This document shows positions 1 through 11,219 of a DNA stretch of 64,000 bases, in pieces. The notes below the pieces were generated by a model, which was not told where the DNA came from, ran no database searches, and saw nothing but the letters and a program-made list of their open reading frames with translations. Position 1 is the first letter of the stretch; the number at the start of each line of letters is the position of its first letter. Both the position numbers and the translations under genes were made by a program. This DNA comes from an uncultured Acidobacteriota bacterium (GTDB taxonomy: Bacteria > Acidobacteriota > Thermoanaerobaculia > UBA5066 > Gp7-AA6): positions 11,372 through 75,371 of the forward strand of contig CAWALG010000016.1 of the NCBI GenBank assembly GCA_963782815.1. Reading direction: 5' to 3'.

Positions 1-2251
1 ACTTCTTCGAAGCTACGTCATAGACCACAGCGTCTGTGACGATGCTCGCCACCCGCATCTGCCCGATTGGACTCTCCTCGAGGGCCTTATCGAAGCTGTC
101 CTGAGTGTTACCGAACAGCTCTCTGTGAAGCGGAGGCTTGGAATTTACATAGATGTACCGTTGGGCCGCCTCGCCCAATACGGGCCGATCGAGAGGCTCG
201 TAGAGAATATCCTCGTACTGACTCTTCCCGCTTTGCTCCCGGAAATCAACCTTGCACGTGCTGAGCGCATTGCCGCCATCTCTTAGCTTGGCCTTAGCCT
301 CGATCGTTGCCTTGGCTCCCCAGGCGGTAGCCCAATAGGGAAGAAGGATTCTCGCAATGCGGGTCCCCTCATCACGTAGATCTCGGTGAACTTTGATTTC
401 GAGACTCTCAAGCCTCTCCGTTCCGAGAGACACGCACCCTCATGGACGCCAATACGGAATCTGATTGTTGGCATGCCAGGGAAAGCATCAAGATTGACCA
501 GAAGGACGGCGTGGTTTTCGACGCTCGGCCGGCCAGTGTAATGACCTGGGCGAAACTCGATATCAGCAGGCGGCAAGATCTCACGGGCTTCGGCGACCTC
601 GATCACCTCAGAGCGTTTCTGAGATGACGTCCTCTTTGGCATTTATGGCGGTGGCGGAAATGACGCCTTTTCCCCGGCGACAGGCATGAAAGAGTGACCG
701 GAATGGACTGGAACCCGAGCCCTTCCGATGCCGAACCACCTCGGTATCCGGGCTGGCCCGAACCTTGGGGTTATTCGAACTTATCTCGACAACGTTAAGA
801 TCCGGGGTGGATCGCCGCCCGTTCCGCGTAAAGTGTCACGCGGCGCTCTTCACCGGCTACGAGGCGTATCTGACGTTGAGTAAAGTAGAGATGGTCGTGT
901 CGGCTTTGTCGGTGTGACACCGGTTCCCTCATCGGTCTCATCTTTGTGGAACTTGTTCAGCTCCTGAAGGGCGTTCTTTAACATCTTGTCCAAGGTGGCC
1001 GAGCGATTTCCAGTGCCCTTGCGTTCTCGCTTCTCCTCGGAATCATAGATTGGCTTTAACGTGGCGTTCGACGAGCTTGAACAGGTAGCAGTAATTTCGT
1101 TCCGAGAGTCAAGACCGTCACGAGTCTCAGTCAGTACGGCCTCCGGATAGCGCGCTTCGAGCAGGGCCTCAAGGGGCGCCCGAATACCTGTCAGCCGGAC
1201 GATTCCATAGAGTCGGCTAAGAAGAGGGTTCTCGTCGTACTCCGGAAGAAGGGTCAAATCGAGCACAGCGTCATCGTCGTCGACGAAGAGGAGACCATTC
1301 TCGCGGCGTTCGTAATTGAACGGATCGTAGGGCATCCGACGGTCAGAGCGGGCCAGAAGAATATCGACTGGGATCTTGCCAACCCTGGGATGCTGAAATT
1401 GATCAGTGCTTCTGAGCAAGACAGTCCCGAGGTCGAAGTCATAGCTAAGCCGTTCTTCGAGCCAACCACCGGTCCGAAAACGGCGCACTAGCACACGCAT
1501 CGCAGGATCGCCGCGATCAGCCGGAGCATGTAGAAATTGGCGATGGCCGGCAGGAGATTGCTCTCCTGCAGGATTCTACGGTGCCAGGCGCGAGCAAGAA
1601 GCGTACAACGGTTCCAGAGCGGGTCAGGTCGGCCGGCAAGCCATGCCTCCGCAGAAGATCGGTGCTAACTCTCCCCAAAGTCTGCGTCTCCACGATGGAG
1701 TCGTCCTCGCCCTTCGCCTCCCCCCAATAAACGCGGCAGAGAGAGAGGACCTTGTCCTTAACGCTGTACACCTGGGCGGCAGGGTCGAGGCCATTCTCGC
1801 TGCGTTGATTTGAATGGTAAAGGAATACGTCGAGCGCTCCTCGGCCAAAAAGGCTTCTGGTGCGCTGCCCTTTCGCCTTTGCTTTTGCATACTCACCAAA
1901 GTTCCGATCGAGTTCCTCCTCGGTCATGCCTGGACCGTAGTCGATCACTTGGCAGGTGCGGCTTGGAAATAGCGACCTGTGTTGCTTGGAGTAGACCTCG
2001 ACGATGATTCGTCCCTCTCCCCGCTGGGCAAGCTTCTTCTTCAAGGACGCAGTGTCGATTCGGTCACCGGCGCTTAGCCCCAGGATCTTGTCGACCAAAC
2101 CAGCGGAGTGGGATATGCCCAACTGGTTCTTCAGGGCGCTGTCGGAGTTGGTGATCAGCTCGGTAAGCGTCTTCAGGAAACTCCCCCCAACCGCCTTGTT
2201 GGTTTGACGCCTCTTTTCACGGCCTGCCCAAGTAATGACGCGCTTAGCCAT
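1..2251 (-). CDS. Large GHKL (HSP90/MutL/MORC-like) ATPase; frameshifted in this assembly, 3' end outside window
   Basis: N-terminus has Bergerat-fold motifs TELITNSD (ExxxN), VIDYGPGM (DxGxG) and RSLFGRG. GGAGG RBS before ATG 2251. Coding continues through ORFs 850-1500 and 283-642 and a manually read open frame to position 1 (YIYVNSKPPLHRELFG). Confidence 0.8.
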
Positions 2252-2990
2252 CTTGGCCCTCCGGTCTGAATCGTGGTCCCAGCTCAAGCCCTCGGAACAG
2301 TGAGGGGAATGAGGTTTCTAGCTGCGTTAGGAGTTCTGTAATCTCTTGGTCGCCGGCCCTTCGCGCGGAATCCTTTAGATCGTTAAGACGACGGCGCTTC
2401 GCAGCGGGCGGCGTGTGATCGAAGACTTCGAGCGCGGAATAGACATGAATGATGTCGCGCTGCTCAAGCGGGGTTGTCTTCCAGCGCTCGAAGAGCCTGC
2501 TCGATCGGATTCGAGCAACCTCCGATTTGAAGTCTAAGTCCCTTGCTCGTTCGGAGCGCTTGGAGCCTGGTTGTCTTGGAGCCTCAGTCGGGCTGCCGAG
2601 AACGACGTTTCCGACCTTCGGATAGCCGATCCGACGAAGCATCTCGCTAACGAAGGCTTGACCACTTGGAGTGATCGCATACCCGCGGCGGTTACTCCCG
2701 GAGAGCCAACCCCGATATTTCGGGCCTCCCTGCAGGAGGGACCGCAAGGATCGGTTCGCGTCGGGAAACTCCGGAAAGGAATCCATAGCGAAGCGCTTGG
2801 GGAATAGGCGGTGGTTTGCTACCGCGATCGACTCGACTGTCGGTCGTAGGCCCCACTCACGGAGCCAGTGGATCGTGAACACGGTGAGAGCAGCAAGCTG
2901 TTCGTTCTGGTAACGTTCCAACGGAAAGGGCCCGACTCGCAGGAGGCCGCGCTCAGTCTTCATCGAGATCTTCCGAGTGCTTTCGGCCAT
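2244..2990 (-). CDS. 248-aa hypothetical protein, possible N-terminal winged-helix
   Basis: Intact ORF; stop overlaps the GHKL start; ATG lies 1 nt after the upstream stop. Segment HRLFPKRF...FPEFPD...GWLSG...GYAITPSG resembles a wHTH wing (inference). Confidence 0.65.
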   Translation of the reverse strand: MAESTRKISMKTERGLLRVGPFPLERYQNEQLAALTVFTIHWLREWGLRPTVESIAVANHRLFPKRFAMDSFPEFPDANRSLRSLLQGGPKYRGWLSGSNRRGYAITPSGQAFVSEMLRRIGYPKVGNVVLGSPTEAPRQPGSKRSERARDLDFKSEVARIRSSRLFERWKTTPLEQRDIIHVYSALEVFDHTPPAAKRRRLNDLKDSARRAGDQEITELLTQLETSFPSLFRGLELGPRFRPEGQDG

Positions 2991-2991
2991 C

Positions 2992-3469
2992 CTATGAACC
3001 CCTTTTCCCCCGACTTCTTCCTCTGCGTTTTGATCGCCGGTGGCGCGGAGGCACTTCTGGAACTCCCCATGCCCTCAATGCGTAGAGACCCTTGCCCACT
3101 CGGCAAACCTCGTCAGATCGAGAGAGGTACACGATCACGTTGGCGTCCGTTCCCTTCCCCGGGATTGGGATGCCCTTCTGCTCCAGAGCCAGCCGAAGAT
3201 CGGTTATGTGAAGGGGCTTGCCGCTTTCCTCAAGGACGGCAACCGCGGCCCGCCTTACGGGATGCTCTGAAGACCTGCGCTTCTTGGCGGGGACCTTGGC
3301 TCGAGGCGGTCCCTCTCGGAGGTTCCGGCGCGACGAGCGCTTCCAGCGCGTGTTTCTTCCGCATGTCTTCTGCAATCTCGGCCCGAAGGCGCGAGGCCTC
3401 AGCTTCGTTCGCCTGAATTCGGTCAGTGACCTCCTGAAGCCAGCTGCGTACGGTACGCTCGTCAATCAT
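2992..3469 (-). CDS. Coiled-coil + HARE-type winged-HTH protein with basic tail (one frameshift)
   Basis: ORF 3230-3469 gives a heptad-rich N-terminus. ORF 2992-3465 gives AAVAVLEESGKPLHITDL...FxRVGKGLYAL-like segment typical of HARE-HTH/RpoE-delta-like domains. Confidence 0.65.
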
Positions 3470-3487
3470 CCTATAACCCTAGCTACC

Positions 3488-3515
3488 ATTATACACAAGG
3501 CCAGAGAAAACTCAA
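3488..3515 (-). promoter_or_regulatory. Sigma70-like promoter for the three-gene cassette
   Basis: Minus strand TTGAGT-N16-TATAAT, 18 nt upstream of ATG 3469. Confidence 0.55.
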
Positions 3516-3599
3516 AATCAGTAGCCGAGACCCTCGATCAGTCAATCCGAGGTTGACTCGGTCTGCGCAAGCAGCGCAGGCGCGGTTGCTGTTTTCAAT

Positions 3600-5161
<1,562 letters not shown>

Positions 5162-5165
<4 letters not shown>

Positions 5166-5942
5166 ACGGAACCGGAGCCCAGGAACTCCTCCGCGAGGCG
5201 CGGGTTCCGGGAGAGCTCGTGCACGGAGCCGGACAACGTCACGCGGCCCGTTTCCAGGACGCAGGCGCGGTCGGCCAGCTTCAGGGCGTGAAGGACGTTC
5301 TGCTCGACGAGCAGGATCGTGACGCCCTCTTCCCGGATCCGTCTCAAGGCGTCGAAGACCTCGCGCACGAGCAGCGGGGCGAGGCCCAGGGTGGGCTCGT
5401 CCAGGAGGAGGAGGCGGGGGCGCGCCATCAGCCCCCGGCCGATCGCGCACATCTGCTGCTCTCCTCCCGAGAGCGTCCCGGCCTTCTGCGCCGATCGTTT
5501 CTCGAGCTGCGGGAACATCGCGAAGACCCGCTCCAGGGTCCGCGGCCCTCTCTCTTCGCGCGGAGCGGGAATACGCCCCCATCTCGAGGTTCTCGCGCAC
5601 CGTCATGCCCGGCCAGAGCTGGCGCGACTCCGGGATCAGGACGAGGCCGCGCGCCACGAGCTCGTACGGCGGCAGACCGCCGACGTCCCGGCCCTCGAAG
5701 AGGATCCGGCCCCGGCGAGGCGCGAGCAGGCCGCAGAGACTCTTCAGGATCGTCGTCTTGCCGGCGCCGTTGGCGCCGATCAGCGTGACGACCTCCTATT
5801 CCGCGACTTCGAAGGACACGTCCCAGACGGCCTGGACGTCGCCGTAGAAGACGTCGATGTTCTGAACCGAGAGGATTTGTGAATTGTGATTTGTGATTTG
5901 TGATTGACCGGAGCCCGGAGAACTGTTGTCTGCCCTAATCAC
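5162..5942 (-). CDS. livF: LIV-family ABC ATPase (LivF-like); frameshift plus one in-frame TAG
   Basis: LIGANGAGKTT, TLSGGEQQM, LLLLDEP, LLVEQN. GTG start lies inside a heptamer array. Confidence 0.8.
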
Positions 5943-5966
5943 AAATCACCAATCACCAATCACAAA
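5875..5966. repeat. Inverted pair of heptamer arrays (TGTGATT)n / (AATCACM)n
   Basis: ttgtgaattgtgatttgtgatttgtgattg ... aatcacaaatcaccaatcaccaatcacaaatt. Confidence 0.85.
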
Positions 5967-6707
5967 TTGCTTTCGACGGGTTCCGTGCCCAGATACGCCG
6001 AGACCACCTCCGGGTCCCGGATGACTTCCGAGGGCGTTCCCTCCGCGATCTTCTGTCCGAAGTTCAGGACCAGGATCCGGTCGGAGACGCCGACGACGGC
6101 GTGGACGTGGTGCTCGATCATCAGGACGGTCACGCCCGAGTCGCGGATGGAGCGGATGAGCTTCATCGCGTCCTGGATCTCCGAGGGGTTCAGGCCTCCC
6201 ATGACCTCGTCGAGGCAGAGGACCTCCGGCTCGGTCGCGAGAGCGCGCGCGATCTCCAGGCGCTTCAGCTCCCCGATCGTGAGCGTCCCGGCGAGGGCGC
6301 CGGACTTTCGGGCGAGGCCCGTCTTCTCGAGGATCTCCCCGACGCGCTGTCCGGCGTCTTCCTTGCGGCGGCGGCCCGACGCCGAAGTGGGCGCCGACCG
6401 AGACGTTCTCCTCGACGGTCATGTCCCGGAACGGTCTCACGATCTGGTGCGTCCGGACGAGACCCCGCGCCACGACGGCGTGATTGGGGAGGCGGTCGAT
6501 CCGGTCGCCGCGGAAGCGGACGGTCCCGGAGGTCGGGACCGCGGCGCCGACCAGGCACGAGAAGAGCGTCGTCTTGCCCGCTCCGTTGGGGCCGATGACG
6601 CCGAAGATCTCGCCCCGGGCCACGTCGAAGTCCACGCCCGCGAGGGCGAGGAGCCCCTCGTAGCGCTTCATCAAGCCGCGGACCGAGAGGATCGCTTCAG
6701 CCGGCAT
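5960..6707 (-). CDS. livG: LIV-family ABC ATPase (LivG-like), frameshifted
   Basis: GVIGPNGAGKTT, DEVMGGLN, MIEHH, DPEVVSAYLG. Confidence 0.85.
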
Positions 6708-7662
6708 CGGGCACCGGCCTCGAGAAGGAGCGCGCGACTCCGCGCCGCAGGCGGTGGAAGAGGCCGAGCAGCCCCTTCGGCTCGAAGAGCATCACGGCGA
6801 TGAGCATCCCGCCGTAGATGAAGAGGTACGAGTCGCGCAGCCCGGGACTCGAGAGGAGCTTGATCTGCAGGTAGCCGAAGAGGAGCGCCCCGAGGACGGG
6901 CCCCGCGATCGTGCCGAGGCCGCCGACGATCGGCATCAGCACGATCGAGAGCGACAGGCGGAAGTCGAAGACCGAGTTGGGAGAGATGTACTGGAAGTTG
7001 ATCGCGAAGAGGCTCCCGGCCACCGCGACGATCGCCGCCGAGAGGGCGTGGACGAGGAGCTTGTACTTCGCGGAGTTCACGCCGAGCGCCTCGGCGGCGT
7101 CGATGTCCTGCCGGATCGCGGCGAGGGCCTGCCCGAAAGGGCTCGCCTTGATCCACGCGGCGAGCGCCACGACGGCGACCGCGAGGACCACCATCGAGGA
7201 GTAGTCGCGCGTGAAGTCGAAGGAGCCGGCGGGCATCCGGAGGCCCGAGGACCCGCCCGTGAAGGCGACGCCGGCCGCGACGACCCGCACCGCCTCGGAC
7301 ACTCCGATCGTGGCGATCGTGAAATACGGGCCTCGCAGGCGGAAGGTCGGCAGGCCCACGACGAAGGAGAAGGCCGCGGCGAGCAGGGCGGCCAGAGGAA
7401 GCGTCGCGTACGGGTGGACGCCCTGGAGCGAGAGGAGGGCCGTCGTGTAGGCGCCGATCCCGATGAACGCGGAATACCCGATCGAGACCTGACCCGCGAA
7501 GCCGCCGAGCATGTTCCAGGCGGAGGCCAGGATGACGGCGAACGCGACGTTCCAGATGTCGTTCAACGTCCCCCGCTCGAGAAACCGGGGCGCCGCCAGG
7601 AGGAAGACGAGGGCCGCCGCCTCGATCGCGGCCAGCCGGATCCAGCGGGAGCCGGGTCTCAC
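6697..7662 (-). CDS. livM: LIV-family ABC permease (LivM-like)
   Basis: WNMLGGFAGQVSIG, RLRGPYFTIAT, GGLGTIAGP; GTG start overlaps the upstream stop. Confidence 0.85.
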   Translation of the reverse strand: MRPGSRWIRLAAIEAAALVFLLAAPRFLERGTLNDIWNVAFAVILASAWNMLGGFAGQVSIGYSAFIGIGAYTTALLSLQGVHPYATLPLAALLAAAFSFVVGLPTFRLRGPYFTIATIGVSEAVRVVAAGVAFTGGSSGLRMPAGSFDFTRDYSSMVVLAVAVVALAAWIKASPFGQALAAIRQDIDAAEALGVNSAKYKLLVHALSAAIVAVAGSLFAINFQYISPNSVFDFRLSLSIVLMPIVGGLGTIAGPVLGALLFGYLQIKLLSSPGLRDSYLFIYGGMLIAVMLFEPKGLLGLFHRLRRGVARSFSRPVPDAG

Positions 7663-8567
7663 GAAATGGTCCTGTGGCGGGAGGCGAGGCGGCCGAAGGC
7701 GCCGAGCAATCCCTGCGGGAACGCGACGAGCGCGACGACGAGCAGCGTGAAGGAGAGCGCGTCCTGAAAGGATGTGGGGAGCGAGGTATAGCCGCCGACG
7801 ACGGTCTCCAGAAAGGCCAGCAGGAAAGCGCCGGCCGCGACGCCGGCCACGCTCTCCATCCCCGCGAGCACGATGATGCAGAAGGACTTCAGGAGGAAGC
7901 TCCTTCCGAAATCGGGCGTGAAGGCGTACATCGTCGCGAGGAGGGTCCCCGCGGCCCCGGCGAAGGCGGTCCCGATGCCGAACGCGACGGCGGAGATCCG
8001 GTCCGCGTTGACTCCGGCGATGAGCGCCGCGTCGCGGTTCTGCGTGACGGCGCGGATGGCCCGGCCCAGGTACGTGCGCCGGAGAATGAACTGGAGGATG
8101 AGAAGCGACGAGGCGCTGACCGCGAAGACCGCGACCGACGGGATTCCGACCCGCACGCCGAAGAGCACGACGGACTTCATCGTGTAGCCGGTCAGGATCG
8201 ATTGCGTGTCGCCGCTCCAGATCGCGTAGGCGAGGTTCTGCAGCACGAGCCACACGCCGAAGAGGAGCAGCAGCGACTCGATCGAAGGCCCCGCCCCCGA
8301 TCGCGGCAGCCGCTTGACCATCGTCACGTACAGGAGCACGCCGAATCCGAAGAAAACCGGGATGACGACCAGGAGCGAGAGAAACGGGTCCATGCCGAGA
8401 CGGGAAGAGAGCGTGAAGGTCGCGTAGGCGCCCAGCATCAGCACACCCGCGTGCGCCAGGTTGATGATGCGCATGACGCCGTAGATCACCGCGAGGCCGT
8501 ACGACATGGTCGCGTACAGCCCCGCCGCCAGCAGCGAGTTGACGAGGACGGCGGTGAGATCCTTCAC
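7659..8567 (-). CDS. livH: LIV-family ABC permease (LivH-like)
   Basis: YGVMRIINLAH, GRAIRAVTQN; hydrophobic helices. Confidence 0.88.
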   Translation of the reverse strand: MKDLTAVLVNSLLAAGLYATMSYGLAVIYGVMRIINLAHAGVLMLGAYATFTLSSRLGMDPFLSLLVVIPVFFGFGVLLYVTMVKRLPRSGAGPSIESLLLLFGVWLVLQNLAYAIWSGDTQSILTGYTMKSVVLFGVRVGIPSVAVFAVSASSLLILQFILRRTYLGRAIRAVTQNRDAALIAGVNADRISAVAFGIGTAFAGAAGTLLATMYAFTPDFGRSFLLKSFCIIVLAGMESVAGVAAGAFLLAFLETVVGGYTSLPTSFQDALSFTLLVVALVAFPQGLLGAFGRLASRHRTIS

Positions 8568-8568
8568 T

Positions 8569-8615
8569 GGTCCAAAGTCCCGGGACCTTAGACTTTAGAC
8601 CTTAGACCTTAGACC
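8569..8615 (-). repeat. (GTCTAAG)x4 heptamer array + GTCCCGGG core
   Basis: Plus strand gaccttagactttagaccttagaccttagacc, just after the stop of the upstream minus-strand gene. Confidence 0.9.
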
Positions 8616-8622
8616 TCTCCCT

Positions 8623-9855
8623 TCACTGGCCCTTCGGCACCGGCGCGACGGGATCGCCCGTCTTCGAGGAGACCGGCCAGACGATGTCCACCTTGTCTCC
8701 CGGCTTGTTCTGCGTCACGACGAAGGGAAGGATCGCCTGCCCCGACGCGCTGTACTTCAGCTCTCCGCCGGGGAGGATCGAGTCCTTCAGGTCCACGGCG
8801 GCGAGCGCGCTCCGGATCGCCTCCGGCTTCAAGGAGCCGGCCTTCCCGAGTGCCACGGCGAGAGCGCGCACGGTCTCGTAGGCCAGCGCGTGGTACCACT
8901 GGGGCTCGCTCCCCATGGCGGCCTTCCACTTGGTGTTGAACGCCTTGACCTGCGGGTACGGCAGCAGGTCGGACCACCAGCCGCTCGCGAAGATGTAGTC
9001 GGTCGCCGGGCCGAGGGCTTTCCGGCCCGCCGCGTCCGCTCCTCGCGCGCCGTAGGTGATCATCAGGTGGTAGAGGCCCATCTGCGTGTACGTCCGGTGC
9101 ATCGAGATGTAGTCCTCCAGGTGCGCGTCGGCCATGAAGAGGTCGGCCTTCGCGGCGGCGACTCGGGTCAGAAGAGGCTTGAAGTCCGGCATGTTCAGCT
9201 CGAAGCTCTCTTCGACCGCGATCGAGAAGTCGCCCGGATGCGCCTTGACGTAGTCGTGGACTCCCTGCGCGTAGTCCTTCCCGTGCTCGGTGTTCTCGAG
9301 CACCAGGGCGATCTTCAACGGCTTCTTCAGCTTCCCGGCCGCGACGAGGGAGGCGAGGAAGTCCATCTGCGTCTGCGACAGGACGTCCACCGGGGAGAGA
9401 GTGCCGAAGACCCACTTGCTGCGGCCGTAGATGCCGCGGGCCCCCGCTCCGCCGGAGATGTAGGGAATGCCGTAGCGTTCGGGCACGACGCTCTGCGCCT
9501 GGACGAGATGGGAGCCGTACCCGCCGATGACGACGTCCACCTTCTGCTGCGTCATGAGCTGCTCGACGAGCTGCGCGCTCTTGGCCGCGTCGGAGGTGTC
9601 GTCCAGGAGCGTCAGGTCGATCTTCATCGCCTTTCCGCCCACGGTGACGCCGCCGGCGTCGTTGACCTCCTTGACCGCGAACTCCGTCGCCTGCTTGTAG
9701 GCGCCCCCGATCTTCGACTCCTTGCCCGTGACGGGCAGGACGGCGCCGACCTTGATGGTGGCATCCGCGGCGCGGAGAGCGCCGGGAAGCGCGGCGGCGA
9801 CGAGCGCTCCGGCAAGCACGATCCGGAGAATGACGAACCCTCTGTTCGAGATCAT
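8623..9855 (-). CDS. LIV-family periplasmic substrate-binding protein
   Basis: GGAGGAGG RBS, signal peptide MISNRGFVILRIVLAGALVAAA, IKVGAVLPVTG, type I PBP pattern. Confidence 0.88.
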   Translation of the reverse strand: MISNRGFVILRIVLAGALVAAALPGALRAADATIKVGAVLPVTGKESKIGGAYKQATEFAVKEVNDAGGVTVGGKAMKIDLTLLDDTSDAAKSAQLVEQLMTQQKVDVVIGGYGSHLVQAQSVVPERYGIPYISGGAGARGIYGRSKWVFGTLSPVDVLSQTQMDFLASLVAAGKLKKPLKIALVLENTEHGKDYAQGVHDYVKAHPGDFSIAVEESFELNMPDFKPLLTRVAAAKADLFMADAHLEDYISMHRTYTQMGLYHLMITYGARGADAAGRKALGPATDYIFASGWWSDLLPYPQVKAFNTKWKAAMGSEPQWYHALAYETVRALAVALGKAGSLKPEAIRSALAAVDLKDSILPGGELKYSASGQAILPFVVTQNKPGDKVDIVWPVSSKTGDPVAPVPKGQ

Positions 9856-9935
9856 GGCTTTCCCTCCTCCAAAAGCGGCGTCTCCCGCGACGCCACGACA
9901 GGAACGCGATGAATCACTGATGGAACCCAAGGATA

Positions 9936-11142
9936 TTACGGAGTCGGCGCGCACAGGAACCCGTCGGCGAGGAGGCCGACGGCGAGCGCGGTGACACAAC
10001 TGCCGGCGACACCCGGCCAGCCCCAGGCCTGCCAGGCGTAGCCGGGAAGAAACGAACCGACGCTCGCGCCGACGTAATAGAACGTCACGTAGAGGGCGCC
10101 GGCCGCTCCCTTGGCGCCGGCGGCATTGGCGTTGACGAACGCCGGCGCCGTGGACTGCACCGCGAACATCCCGACGCAGAGGACCACGAGCGAGACGACG
10201 ATGGCCGGCAAGGAGTGCACCAGAGTGCCCAGGATGCCCGCCGCGGCGATCGTGAGCCCCACCGCCATGACGGCGCGCCGCCCCACGCGGCCGGAGATCT
10301 TTCCGGAGACGAGCGAAGTGAAGACGCCCGCGATGTAGACCAGGTACACGGAGGAGACGAGCGCCGTGGACAAACGAAACGGCGGCGCCGTCAGGTAATA
10401 CGGCAGATACGTGAAGACGCCGATGAAGGCGAAGAAGACTCCCCCGCCGATCACGAAGGCTCCGATCAGGCGGCGGTTGCGGAAGTGGACGAACATGCCG
10501 CGGTAGGCGCTGCCGAGCCGGATCCCGGCCGCTCCCTGCCCCGCGGGGAGCCCGCGCGCGATCGCCGCCGCGCCGACGAGGGTCACGAACCCGAAGAAGA
10601 GGAAGGGCGCGCGCCAGTTGGTCCCCGCCGCGATGAGACCCGACAGGACCCTGCCGGTCAGGCCTCCCGCCACCGAGGCCGCGATCCAGCCGCCGACCTT
10701 CGGGCCCAGGTCCGCCTCGCTGTAGTAATCGCCGATGTAGGCGACCGCGACCGCGGTGACTCCCGGCATGAGAAACCCCTGCAGGGCGCGGAAGACGAGC
10801 AGCATGTGGAAGGAAGAGGCGAGCGCGCAAAGGGCCGTCGGAATCGCGAGCAGGAAGCAGCTCGTGACCATGACGGGCTTTCGTCCGACCGCGTCGGAGA
10901 GCGAGCCGTAGGCGCTCGAGACGACGGCAATCATCAGGACGACGACCGAGATCGTGAGCCCCGCGGTGGCGGGAGCGACGTGGTACTCCTTCGAGAGGAG
11001 CGGCAGGATCGGCTGAGTGATGTAGAGATCCGCGTAAACCGCCACGGTCGCGAAATTCAGCGCCGTGACCGTCGCGACGGCTGCTCTGCCCCTCTCCCGG
11101 CGGGAGAGGGACGGGGTGAGGGGGCCTCTTGCCTTCCCTCAT
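9936..11142 (-). CDS. MFS transporter (YnfM-like); start uncertain
   Basis: ADLYITQPILP, GSLSDAVGRK, LYVTFYYVGASVG; about 12 TM helices. Confidence 0.82.
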
Positions 11143-11212
11143 TTCTGAAAGATTCGGTTCGCAGGTTCAGTTCCAACCCCTCACCCTGACCCTCTCCCCT
11201 CGGGGGAGAGGG
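11089..11212. repeat. Inverted pair of CCCTCACCC-N-CCCTCTCCC-N-GGGAGAGGG palindromic repeats
   Basis: Copies at 11089-11124 (minus) and 11177-11212 (plus); third copy at 28645-28678. Confidence 0.85.
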
Positions 11213-11219
11213 AATAAAA

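Noticed and set aside
5796-5798. In-frame TAG in livF (EVAE*EVVTLIG) as pyrrolysine or read-through
   Set aside because: Non-catalytic variable position, no pyl genes seen, and TAG is used as a normal stop elsewhere in the window; likely a base-call error or a recent nonsense mutation.
9856-9935. Possible riboswitch in the leader of the binding-protein gene
   Set aside because: Only a short GGCGTC/GACGCC hairpin before the RBS; too short and no recognisable aptamer motif.
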